Shown: piece by piece, positions 52,628 to 61,604 of the stretch
Layout of the letters: each line of letters begins with the position of its first letter
Position numbering within the stretch: position 1 is the stretch's first letter
Source of the DNA: an uncultured Acidobacteriota bacterium
GTDB taxonomy: Bacteria > Acidobacteriota > UBA6911
Length of the DNA: 64,000 nucleotides
Direction of reading: 5' to 3'
Assembly (NCBI GenBank): GCA_964481255.1
Contig: CAYZTZ010000005.1
Location: forward strand, 4,922-68,921
The notes under the pieces: model-generated
What the model was told of the DNA's origin: nothing
Seen by the model: the letters and a program-made list of their open reading frames with translations, nothing else
Databases searched by the model: none
Program-made: the position numbers and the translations under genes

Positions 52628-55129
52628 ATGGCGCTTAATTCCGGCGGCAAGTATGCCAAAGAAGTTGGGTCATGGCAGGAGATTTTTAAACCTGTCCGTT
52701 CCGCGCGGGTGGAAAAGGCCAGGGAAAGAGTGCGCAAAGAAGCCGAAATCTGCCTGGAACGCATTCGAGCCGAACTCAAAGCCTGTAACCAGTATAAAGA
52801 CCAGCCCTCCATCATTCGGCGAGCCCGCTTTCTTGAGACTTTCCTGAGGGAGAAAAGCATACTTATCCAGGAGGATGAACTCATTGTAGGCACCGTAGGA
52901 AGTAAGCCTCGCTCCGCTTTTATAACAACGGCGAATATCGCCTCCATCGAACAAGAGCTGGACGATCCCGTCAAGGACTTCTCCACTCGGCCATATGACA
53001 GGATTTTAGTTCATCCTGAGGAGAGAAAAGAATTAAGGGAAGAAATCATTCCGGCGGTTAAAGGCGGGGCCATCTCTCTTTTCGAACATAATTTGAAAAC
53101 TGTCGACCGGGATATTCTCGAACATACCGCTCCCGGAGTCTCATCCTGTCCGCATATACCCATTATCGGCGACGTATCGATGGCAAGAGAGGCCGGCCAC
53201 ATGTTCCTCAACTTTGAAAAGGCCCTTTATAAAGGGCTTCGAGGAATCAAGGATGAGGTCAGGGAGAAGATGGCGGAACTCGACCAGCCCTATCGCGGAT
53301 TTGACCGAAAACAGAGACGAGAGTTTTACGAATCCGTGCTCATCACCCTTGATGCGGCTACGGAATATTTCCAGAAATATGCCGGACGGGCGCGTGAGAT
53401 GGCGGCAAAAGAAGCCGCGCCGAATCGAAAGACGGAACTGGAACGTATCGCCGAGGTATGCGACCGGGTACCGGAAAATCCCGCTCGGGATTGGTGGGAA
53501 GCTCTACAGTCCATTTGGTTCCTGTTCACTCTGAGCTGGATGGAACACGCCACTTTTGCAGTACATTTTCTCGGCCGAATCGACCAGATTCTGTATCCCT
53601 TCTACAAGAAAACCGTGGAAGATGAGAAGAAAATGACCCGGGAAGAAGCCCTGGAGCTTCTGGAGTGTTTCCTGGTGAAATTCAACGAACCGGCCTGGGC
53701 GCTCAACTACGAGTGGTCGCAATGGGCAACCGGCCAGGGACTTTCCCAGACAATGGTCATCGGCGGACAGACCAGAGAGGGCAAAGATGCCTGCAACGAG
53801 GTGACCATGCTCGTGCTGGAAGCCATGGAGCAATTGCGTCTGAATCAGCCGGAATTCGCCATGAGGATATGGGAAGGGACCCCCGATAGATATCTTAAAA
53901 AGGCAACCCAGCTTATCCGCCTCGGGCTCGGCTATCCGAAATTCATCGGCGACCGGAAAGGAATTCAGATGGCAGCCAGGGGCTATCCGGACCTGGCCAT
54001 CGAGGACTGGCGCCAGTTCGCTGTTGCCGGATGTTCGGAGATAGGCCTGCCTTATATCACTATGGATAACGGCTATGAAGCCATCGCGCTGGCCTCCAAG
54101 TGGATAGAGCTGGTCTTGAGCAACGGCAAGTGCGCGGTATGCGGCAAGCAGATCGGACTTGAAACTGGCGATCCCAGGAAATTTAAAACCATGGAACAGG
54201 TGAAAGACGCCTACCGCAAACAGGTATTCTACTGGGGCGAGTATATGGCAAAAGCCGAGAGGATTTTCAAGGAAGCCCAGAGCGAATGGTATCCTGCTCC
54301 ATTCTGCTCGGCCCTTGCCGAGGGACCACTCGACAGGGGGCGAGATATTACCCGGGGCGGCGCCTGGTACACCGTGTACGGTCTTTTGCTGGCCAGCCTC
54401 GCTGACGCGGCGGATTCTCTGGGAGTAATAGACAAGCTTATCTACTGTGATAAAAAGATCACCTGGGATCAGTTGATTGAAGCGGTGAACGCCAACTGGG
54501 AAGGTTATGAAAACTTAAGACAGCTATGCGTCAACGGTGTCCCGAAATACGGGAATGACGACGATTACGCCGACGGTTGGGCCATCTGGGTAGCCGATGT
54601 CTGGGCCGACCTGATAGACTGGCTCAATACCCGAAAAGACCTTATGCCGAAGTGGGGAGGCAGATATCTGGCAGGAGGCCTGGTAGCAATAGCCAGTACC
54701 CAGTTCGGAGAATCGGTCGGCGCCACACCCAACGGGCGTAAACATCCCCAGCCGGTGGCCGATACCTGCTCTCCTGTACAGGGTGTCGACCGGAACGGTC
54801 CCAGCGCCGTCGTCAAGTCATTCAGTAAATTGCCTACTCACCGATGGGCGCTCTGCAGTCTTATAAACCTCCGGTTAAATCCGAATCTGTTTACATCCGA
54901 TGCTGACCTTGAGAGGTTTGCAGCTTTTATTCGAGCATGTGAAGAGTTAGGTTTGTACCATTTTCAGTTCAATATAATTTCTGCGGAACTGCTGCGTCAT
55001 GCAATGAAAGAACCCGAAAAACACCGGGATCTGCTGGTCCGGGTGGCCAGCTATGTCGCTTATTTTGTTGAGTTGAGTCCGAACCAGCAGATGGACATCA
55101 TCCATAGAACCGAGCACCAGGGCTGGTAA
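52628..55129 (+). CDS. Glycyl-radical-enzyme homolog (PFL2-like clade) whose radical-site Gly codon reads Ser
   Basis: 833 aa. Thiyl loop FAVAGCSEIG (Cys codon 54032-54034; the C-x-E arrangement is kept), YGNDDDYAD block, C-terminal RVASYVAYF where GREs have RVxG(Y/F). AGC at 55049-55051. Confidence 0.85.
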   Translation: MALNSGGKYAKEVGSWQEIFKPVRSARVEKARERVRKEAEICLERIRAELKACNQYKDQPSIIRRARFLETFLREKSILIQEDELIVGTVGSKPRSAFITTANIASIEQELDDPVKDFSTRPYDRILVHPEERKELREEIIPAVKGGAISLFEHNLKTVDRDILEHTAPGVSSCPHIPIIGDVSMAREAGHMFLNFEKALYKGLRGIKDEVREKMAELDQPYRGFDRKQRREFYESVLITLDAATEYFQKYAGRAREMAAKEAAPNRKTELERIAEVCDRVPENPARDWWEALQSIWFLFTLSWMEHATFAVHFLGRIDQILYPFYKKTVEDEKKMTREEALELLECFLVKFNEPAWALNYEWSQWATGQGLSQTMVIGGQTREGKDACNEVTMLVLEAMEQLRLNQPEFAMRIWEGTPDRYLKKATQLIRLGLGYPKFIGDRKGIQMAARGYPDLAIEDWRQFAVAGCSEIGLPYITMDNGYEAIALASKWIELVLSNGKCAVCGKQIGLETGDPRKFKTMEQVKDAYRKQVFYWGEYMAKAERIFKEAQSEWYPAPFCSALAEGPLDRGRDITRGGAWYTVYGLLLASLADAADSLGVIDKLIYCDKKITWDQLIEAVNANWEGYENLRQLCVNGVPKYGNDDDYADGWAIWVADVWADLIDWLNTRKDLMPKWGGRYLAGGLVAIASTQFGESVGATPNGRKHPQPVADTCSPVQGVDRNGPSAVVKSFSKLPTHRWALCSLINLRLNPNLFTSDADLERFAAFIRACEELGLYHFQFNIISAELLRHAMKEPEKHRDLLVRVASYVAYFVELSPNQQMDIIHRTEHQGW

Positions 55130-55162
55130 CAGACCGAAAGCGTACCGGGTAGAGGCATCGGC

Positions 55163-56092
55163 TTGACGAATCCATCGGCTTCCTCTGCAAAGAAACGATC
55201 TGTCCTTAGCATTGCCCGGATGACAGTTCATAACGGACCCGGAATACGAACCTTGATACTTCTGAAAGGCTGTCCCTTACGCTGCATCTGGTGTTCCACG
55301 CCTGAATCCTGGGAGGAGTCCCCGGAAATCGCCTTCCACCCGGATAAGTGTATCCTATGTAACGACTGTCTTCCGGTTTGTCCGAAGAATGCGATAACAA
55401 CCGGCGATAAAGCGGTGGTCCTAGACAGGGAGTTATGCGATAAATGCGGAAGGTGTGCCGATGTATGCCATACGGAAGCCCTGAGACTCCTGGGACGGCA
55501 ATATACAGCAGACGAATTGGTCTACGAGGTGAAGAAGGACGAAATTATCTATAAACATTCCGGAGGCGGCGTAACCGTTTCGGGAGGAGAGCCCCTGCTT
55601 GAACCGGAGTTTGCCGCGGAATTGCTCCGCGCTCTTAAACAGAACGGAATGAATACCGGAGCGGATACCTGCGGTTTTGTCCCCCGGAAAAATATCGAGG
55701 CCGTCCTCCCCTATGTCGACTTTTTTCTCTGGGATATCAAGCACATGGATGAGGATACCCACCGCAAACTAACCGGAGTATCCAACCGTCTCATCCTGGA
55801 CAACCTGCTTTTTGTCTCGGGTAATAATATACCCGTCTATCTGAGAATACCGGTGATACCCGGCTGCAATGATTCGGAGGAAAACCTGAGGGCCGTCTGT
55901 GATTTCGCCGCAGACCTGCCCTCGCTGGTTGAGATAAACATCCTGCCGTTGCACCACCTGGGCAAGGCAAGATATGTCGCTCTGGGCCTCGAATACCCCA
56001 TAGACGATATTCCTCTAGTTAAGGATGGTGTTCTCACGGAGATGCAACGCCTGGTGGAATCATTCGGCTTAAAGTGCAGCATAATCGGCTAA
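55163..56092 (+). CDS. Glycyl-radical enzyme activating protein
   Basis: HNGPGIRTLILLKGCPLRCIWCSTPES (Cx3Cx2C), CILCNDCLPVCP, CDKCGRCADVCH, GGVTVSGGEPL. TTG start at 55163 is uncertain. Confidence 0.9.
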   Translation: MTNPSASSAKKRSVLSIARMTVHNGPGIRTLILLKGCPLRCIWCSTPESWEESPEIAFHPDKCILCNDCLPVCPKNAITTGDKAVVLDRELCDKCGRCADVCHTEALRLLGRQYTADELVYEVKKDEIIYKHSGGGVTVSGGEPLLEPEFAAELLRALKQNGMNTGADTCGFVPRKNIEAVLPYVDFFLWDIKHMDEDTHRKLTGVSNRLILDNLLFVSGNNIPVYLRIPVIPGCNDSEENLRAVCDFAADLPSLVEINILPLHHLGKARYVALGLEYPIDDIPLVKDGVLTEMQRLVESFGLKCSIIG

Positions 56093-56104
56093 AGAAGAAG
56101 AAAG

Positions 56105-56341
56105 GTGCTGAATCCCAATATCGACGAATTGTTTTCCGGCTCGATAGACATTCAACTTCATTCCGGTCCGGACCGGACGCCGGAGCGCGTGGATGCCGTT
56201 GAAGCCGCTGAACAGTCTGCCGATTTCGGAATGAAAGCCATCGTGCTGAAAAACCACAGTCATCCCACCGCTCCGGCGGCTATCATCGCCCGGGAGATGG
56301 TGCCTGAAGTTGAGATGTTCGATTTTTGCAACTGTTCATAG
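56105..56341 (+). pseudogene. N-terminal ~70-aa fragment of a metal-dependent (amidohydrolase/PHP-like) hydrolase
   Basis: IDIQLHSGPDRTPERVDAVEAAEQSADFGMKAIVLKNHSHPTA resembles the first beta-strands/HxH region of amidohydrolase-fold proteins of ~290 aa. Ends at 78 aa, 30 nt before the next gene. Confidence 0.4.
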
Positions 56342-56370
56342 AGAATAAAGTGAAAGAAAGGAGGGAAATC

Positions 56371-58209
56371 ATGCGACGTTTTAAAACGGCGTTAATCTGT
56401 TTATGTGCTCTGGTGATCGCGTTGGCCGCAAGCGTGGTGATCCAGGGAAATATAAAGAACACCATGACAAGCGAAAAAGTAACAGTGCTGAACCCTAGAG
56501 GCATACCTCCTCCAATAGAAATGATACCCATGGCCCCCCGGCTCGATACCCTGGAGGGCAAAACAATATACGTCGCAGGTATAAATTTCCAACCGTTGCA
56601 TCAAGGCATGATAGAAATCCACAGAATACTCACCGAAAAATATCCCAAAACCACATTTATACTCAAGGTCAAAAAAGGCTCTTACTTAGTTAATGACCAG
56701 GAGCTGTGGGATGAAATCAAAGAAAAAGGCGACGCAGCGATAGTCGGCATCGGGCAACTGGATACCAATGCGCCGGCGACCGTCATCTTCTCCTCCATAC
56801 TGGAAAAAATGGGGATACCCACGGCGCCTGTTGTCACCGCGGGGTTTCCGAATCTCACGAGAAGCTTCGCCTACAAGAAGGGAATGCCTGAACTGCGATT
56901 GACTTTTATTCCCCATCCTTTCACGGCCAGGCCAGTCGAAGTACAACGGGAATATATAAGGGGTAAAGATCCGATAAGCGGCAAACCAATCATTGAACAA
57001 ATCGTTGAGGCCCTTACCAAACCGCTGACTGATAAAGAACGAAAGACAGGTACCATAGAAAGACCGATACAAAGAGTGCTGGGACCTGATACTCCCGAGA
57101 AACTGGCCAAGCTCTTTCTTGAAAAAGGATGGACCGATGGTCTTCCGATAATTCTTCCTACGGAAGAAAGAGTCGCCGAAATGCTCAAGGGAACAGGCCA
57201 CAAGCCGGATGAGGTCATCGGCACGATGCAGCCCACTCCTCCTAACGAGGCATGGGAAGGCTCTCTAAGGCAACTTGGCAGTAGTCAGGCGAAAGGAGGA
57301 CCTGAATTACCGGTAACTATGCAGCCCTCCCCTCCCTATGAGTCCTGGGAATATACTGTAAAGCACGTCGCTATCAATGCCGTGATGGCGGGAGCCGGTA
57401 AAGAGCATTTCCCTGTAATACTTGCTATAGCATCCACAGGAGTAACCTCATTATTCAGTTCCTGTTCCTCTTTCGCCAGAATGGTTGTCGCCAACGGGCC
57501 AATTCGCAAAGAGATAAACATGAATTCCGGACTGGCCGCGTTGGGCCCCTTCAATCATGCCAATTCCGTCATCGGCAGGGCGTGGACGTTGATATCCAAG
57601 AATCTGGGAGGCTCGATACCGGGCGAAACATATCTGGGGGATCTGGGCAATGCCCTCAACTACAACAATTTGTGTTTTGCGGAGAATGAAGAGTCTCTGC
57701 CTAAAGGATGGAATCCTCTGCATGTGCAAAAGGGCTATAAAGCAAAAGAAAGCGTAGTTAGCATATTCAGCGGATGGAGCTTGATTAATTATGGTGCTTT
57801 TAAGCCGTACCCGATTCACGAGGTCATCAGGAAATTGTTGATAAGCTTTGAAACCAGCGGCCCCGGCAGTTGCAGGCCGACTCTGTTATTAAGCCCGGTA
57901 ACGGCCGAAGATCTTAGGAATGAAGGCTTCGAAAGCAAGGAGAAGTTGAGCCATTGGCTCAAGGAAAACACCTATATGAGCCTCTGGAACTATTGGGCAA
58001 CGAGGCCTGAGGACCTGGCGTCTGCAAAAGCAGGGCGCGAGCCATTCGCGTCTATGCTGAAGCAGCCTCCCGGGGCGGACTCACCACAAAAGGCTATGAT
58101 GCCCTTCACCCAGGCTGAGATTCTGGTTGTGGGTGGGGGAACCGAGGTCTCCTGGCAGGCCGGAGATTTCGGGTACGTGGTATCAGCATCAGTGGATAAG
58201 TGGAGGTAG
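56371..58209 (+). CDS. Exported ~610-aa protein of unrecognised family, paralog P1
   Basis: RBS AAAGGAGGG plus ATG 56371. Signal/anchor MRRFKTALICLCALVIALAAS. Blocks shared with P2: VLNP, PRL..L..K.I, GW.DGLP...PT, A(I/V)NAVMAGA, FPVI.A, NGPI/SGPI, AEN(E/D)E. Confidence 0.6.
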   Translation: MRRFKTALICLCALVIALAASVVIQGNIKNTMTSEKVTVLNPRGIPPPIEMIPMAPRLDTLEGKTIYVAGINFQPLHQGMIEIHRILTEKYPKTTFILKVKKGSYLVNDQELWDEIKEKGDAAIVGIGQLDTNAPATVIFSSILEKMGIPTAPVVTAGFPNLTRSFAYKKGMPELRLTFIPHPFTARPVEVQREYIRGKDPISGKPIIEQIVEALTKPLTDKERKTGTIERPIQRVLGPDTPEKLAKLFLEKGWTDGLPIILPTEERVAEMLKGTGHKPDEVIGTMQPTPPNEAWEGSLRQLGSSQAKGGPELPVTMQPSPPYESWEYTVKHVAINAVMAGAGKEHFPVILAIASTGVTSLFSSCSSFARMVVANGPIRKEINMNSGLAALGPFNHANSVIGRAWTLISKNLGGSIPGETYLGDLGNALNYNNLCFAENEESLPKGWNPLHVQKGYKAKESVVSIFSGWSLINYGAFKPYPIHEVIRKLLISFETSGPGSCRPTLLLSPVTAEDLRNEGFESKEKLSHWLKENTYMSLWNYWATRPEDLASAKAGREPFASMLKQPPGADSPQKAMMPFTQAEILVVGGGTEVSWQAGDFGYVVSASVDKWR

Positions 58210-58431
58210 AACAGCCGGGAGAGATTGATATGGCAATGATGGGCCTGTCTTCCCGCCACCAACCGGCCAGAAACCTCGATAGATTATGGTGTTCCTATTC
58301 GGGCACGCAGCCGGAAACGGCCGATACAGACAAAGCCACACCTAAAGACCTATCGTGGCCTCCCCTGCTCGGCGGGTCAAGATGGCAGCGTGTATTAGCT
58401 GGGAAGTCGGACACGAAGAAAGGAGAAGCTG

Positions 58432-59670
58432 ATGTCTGAAGAAAAGAAAATAACGGCAATAACCAACGGCTTATTAATCGATGGTACGGGCGCCGACCCT
58501 GTTAAGAACGCGACAGTCCTTATCGAGGGATCGATAATCAAGAAAGTGGGAAAGCGTCAAGATATTCCCAGGGGTGCGACAGTCCTGGATGTTTCCGGGA
58601 AGACGGTGATGCCGGGGCTGATAAACGCGCATATGCACCTGGCGGGAGGCAGTTCCGGGATCGGACCGTCTCCGTACCGCCCCAGAGAAGTCGCAATGTT
58701 CAAAGCGGCGGATGATGCCAAGAATATGCTGGCCTCGGGATACACGACCGTGAAGGACTGCGCCGGGAGAAACGCCCCTTTCCTGAAGCAGGCCGTCAAA
58801 GAGGGCGTCCTGACAGGGCTTCCTCGCATCGTGGCTGCCTGTTGTGTATTGAGCCAGACAGGTGGTCCGCAGGATCAAGCATCCAAAGCTGGGAAATCTC
58901 GGGATGCACGGGAGAATGATGAAGCAGAGTTTCTCATTTGTGATGGCGTGGACGAGTGTATTAAGGCGGCTCGCTACTCTCTGCGGTTGGGTGCGGACTT
59001 CATTAAGGTCTTTGCCAGCATGAGTTTCTGGAATGCGGATCACGATTCTCCAAGCGGTGTCACATTCAGTATGGATGAGATGGAGGCTTTTGTGAAGACA
59101 GCCGCCCAGGTTGGCAAATTCGTTACGGTTCATTCTCAGAATCGCCATAGTTCGAAGATTGCCATACTTGCCGGGGTAAAGACCATAGACCACGCCAGCG
59201 GCTCGGATGACGAAGTCGTGTCGTTGGGGAAGGCGCACGGTGCGATTTTCGTATCGACTCTCGCATATCTCAGGGTGATGCTTGATGGAAAACTGGCCTC
59301 TCAAGCCTCCGCAATGATACAAAAGGAGTGGGATGCTTCCGTTGAGGCATACAGGAAAATGCACGATGCAGGAGCTGTCCTGGCCGCCGGCACGGATAGC
59401 TTCGGAGATGCAAGAGAAGGTGCGATGGAAATTGAATTGTTGAAGAAATATTGCGGTTTCACCCCGATGGAAGCCATTGTAGCAGCGACCAAACACGGCG
59501 CCGAAGCTTGTTTTATGGGTGATAAAACGGGGACGATAGAAGCAGGTAAGTACGCCGATATTATCGTTGTCGATGGCAACCCGCTGGCGGACATAAAGAT
59601 ACTGCAGGATGTCAATAAGATTAAAATAGTGATGTTGGAAGGCGACATCTGTGTCCATCGAGGGCTTTAG
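58432..59670 (+). CDS. Amidohydrolase-superfamily metal-dependent hydrolase
   Basis: ITNGLLIDGTG...VLIEGSIIKKVG...VMPGLINAHMHL (HxH), HSQN, DHAS and GTDS blocks. RBS AAAGGAGAAG. Confidence 0.8.
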   Translation: MSEEKKITAITNGLLIDGTGADPVKNATVLIEGSIIKKVGKRQDIPRGATVLDVSGKTVMPGLINAHMHLAGGSSGIGPSPYRPREVAMFKAADDAKNMLASGYTTVKDCAGRNAPFLKQAVKEGVLTGLPRIVAACCVLSQTGGPQDQASKAGKSRDARENDEAEFLICDGVDECIKAARYSLRLGADFIKVFASMSFWNADHDSPSGVTFSMDEMEAFVKTAAQVGKFVTVHSQNRHSSKIAILAGVKTIDHASGSDDEVVSLGKAHGAIFVSTLAYLRVMLDGKLASQASAMIQKEWDASVEAYRKMHDAGAVLAAGTDSFGDAREGAMEIELLKKYCGFTPMEAIVAATKHGAEACFMGDKTGTIEAGKYADIIVVDGNPLADIKILQDVNKIKIVMLEGDICVHRGL

Positions 59671-59887
59671 CCCTAAAAACGAGAAAAACCAACATCATAG
59701 AGAATGAGCCTGCCGAGATCATCCAGGTCGGGCGAGAGGCTCTCGACAGCACGCCTGATTTTTGAAGATCTGAGATGTGCCGATATTCGAAGAGCTGGAT
59801 CTTGGGAGGATGATAAAGACACTCCGGGACAGTGGAAGACCAGGCACTGTATGAAAGGAATATATCCATCCATGGGAGGAACCACAG

Positions 59888-60967
59888 ATGAAAAATCTAA
59901 GGTTAAACAATATGCAAAAACTGCTGATATTCATCAGCTATATCCTAATTGTTTGCGGGAGCGCCGCTATCGCCGATGATCGTCCGGACTCGGGGGGCAT
60001 TAAATATCTTCACGGTCCCCGGAATGCCGAGGATATCCAACCGCTTGGTGATTCTCAATGGTTGGTTACCTCCGGCTTGAACGGTCAGGCTTCAAAAACC
60101 GATGATAACGGCCATATCTACCTGGTCCATCGCAAAGAGAAGACATTCGAAGAATTATTTCCGGGGGCAACGCCAAAATTTGATCATGATAAGGCATTGT
60201 TCAATGCCTGCCCAGGCCCGATAAACCCTAACAAGTTTTCCGCCCATGGACTGGCCGTGCAGCAACGGTCCTCAGGGCTGTATCGCCTGTACGTCGTCAA
60301 TCATGGAGAAAGGGAAGCCATAGAAGTATTTAATATCGACGCTCAAGGAACAAAGCCGGCGATCACTTGGGCGGGTTGTGTATTATTACCCAGAGAAGTC
60401 ATGGCGAACGGTGTCGCGATCCTGCCAGATGGCGGCTTTTTGACAACCAATTATTTCGATCCGACTGTGCCGAATTCCATAAGAGATCTCATCCAGGGCA
60501 AGATCAGCGGTGCCGTTTATGAATGGCATCCCGGCGGAAATGTAAAAGGCATACACGGTACCGAGCTATCAGGTCCAAACGGGATCGCGTTATCGCCGGA
60601 TAATGAATGGGTCTATGTGACGGCCTTTGGCACACGCGAGATAGCCCGGTTTAACCTTACAAAAAGCCCCATTACAATGGAGAGAGTTAAAATCGACATC
60701 ATGCCTGATAACATCCGTTGGGGTGATGATGGCATGCTTTACGTCGCGGGCAATAACTATGTGCCGCCGGAGCAATGCCCAAAACCACCATGTCGGACCG
60801 GATGGTCCGTTTATAGTGTCCATCCCCGAACCCTGGAATTGAAACGAGTCACCGGTGTTGATCAAACGGCAGCTCTGCAGAATGGCACGACGGCACTTGT
60901 CGTGGGCCATGAGATATGGGTCGGAACCTACTCGGGTGATAGGATTTGTTATTTGCCGAAGCCTTAA
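59888..60967 (+). CDS. Exported SMP-30/gluconolactonase/arylesterase-like beta-propeller protein
   Basis: Signal peptide (MQKLLIFISYILIVCGSAAIA). NGIALSPDNEWVYVTAFGTREIARFNL and PDNIRWGDDGMLYVAG are typical six-blade propeller repeats. Confidence 0.7.
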   Translation: MKNLRLNNMQKLLIFISYILIVCGSAAIADDRPDSGGIKYLHGPRNAEDIQPLGDSQWLVTSGLNGQASKTDDNGHIYLVHRKEKTFEELFPGATPKFDHDKALFNACPGPINPNKFSAHGLAVQQRSSGLYRLYVVNHGEREAIEVFNIDAQGTKPAITWAGCVLLPREVMANGVAILPDGGFLTTNYFDPTVPNSIRDLIQGKISGAVYEWHPGGNVKGIHGTELSGPNGIALSPDNEWVYVTAFGTREIARFNLTKSPITMERVKIDIMPDNIRWGDDGMLYVAGNNYVPPEQCPKPPCRTGWSVYSVHPRTLELKRVTGVDQTAALQNGTTALVVGHEIWVGTYSGDRICYLPKP

Positions 60968-61017
60968 ACTTCCTGAATCATGCGGATTAAAGGCAGTTCA
61001 CTATAATGGGAGGCCTT

Positions 61018-61356
61018 ATGAGCCTTAACACATCGAGGAGGACATTTCTAAAGGCTGCGGGTGCGGGAGTATTGCTGCCTGCCGCCGGACGTGCTTCAAC
61101 AACAGGCCCTAAAGCCGCATTTCAACCGCATACAGATGTTGTCAAGAACACTTTAGGCAAAACAGGCCCGAAGGTTTGCGGAATAGCCTGCGGAATCGGG
61201 TTCGTGCCTCTGACGGAAGAGGTTTCCCGCGCATTGGATATGGGGATTAATTATTTCGATACGTCACCGGATTGCGGTGACTGCGAAAAGATCCTTTCAG
61301 ACATTACAAGAAGCCGGAACCGGATGTGCGCCCCGTATTACATGATATATTCTTGA
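61018..61356 (+). pseudogene. Truncated Tat-signal aldo/keto reductase (N-terminal ~100 aa only)
   Basis: SRRTFLKAAGAG twin-arginine signal, then LGKTGPKVCGIACGIG...ALDMGINYFDTSPDCGDCEKIL (AKR N-terminal block LGKTG..VS..G.G / GIN.FDTA..YG). Stops after ~112 aa and is followed by 250 nt of non-coding DNA. Confidence 0.5.
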
Positions 61357-61604
61357 AGTTATAGTGTATTTCATTACCTGGAACGACGTAGATGCGTGCA
61401 GGAGACCAATGTCTATTCTCTCCATAAAGGCAGGCACGTGGCACGAAGCCGCCATAATACGTGCTTCGGGAATGAGTCCATGGCATTATGTGGGAAGTCT
61501 ATCCCCAAACGGGGTTGAGAGTCCAGAGATAGAGTCTAGGTACTATAAAGCCGCCACAGCAAAAAACCGTTCTCAATCTTCAGGCTATATAGAAGGAGGA
61601 AGAA

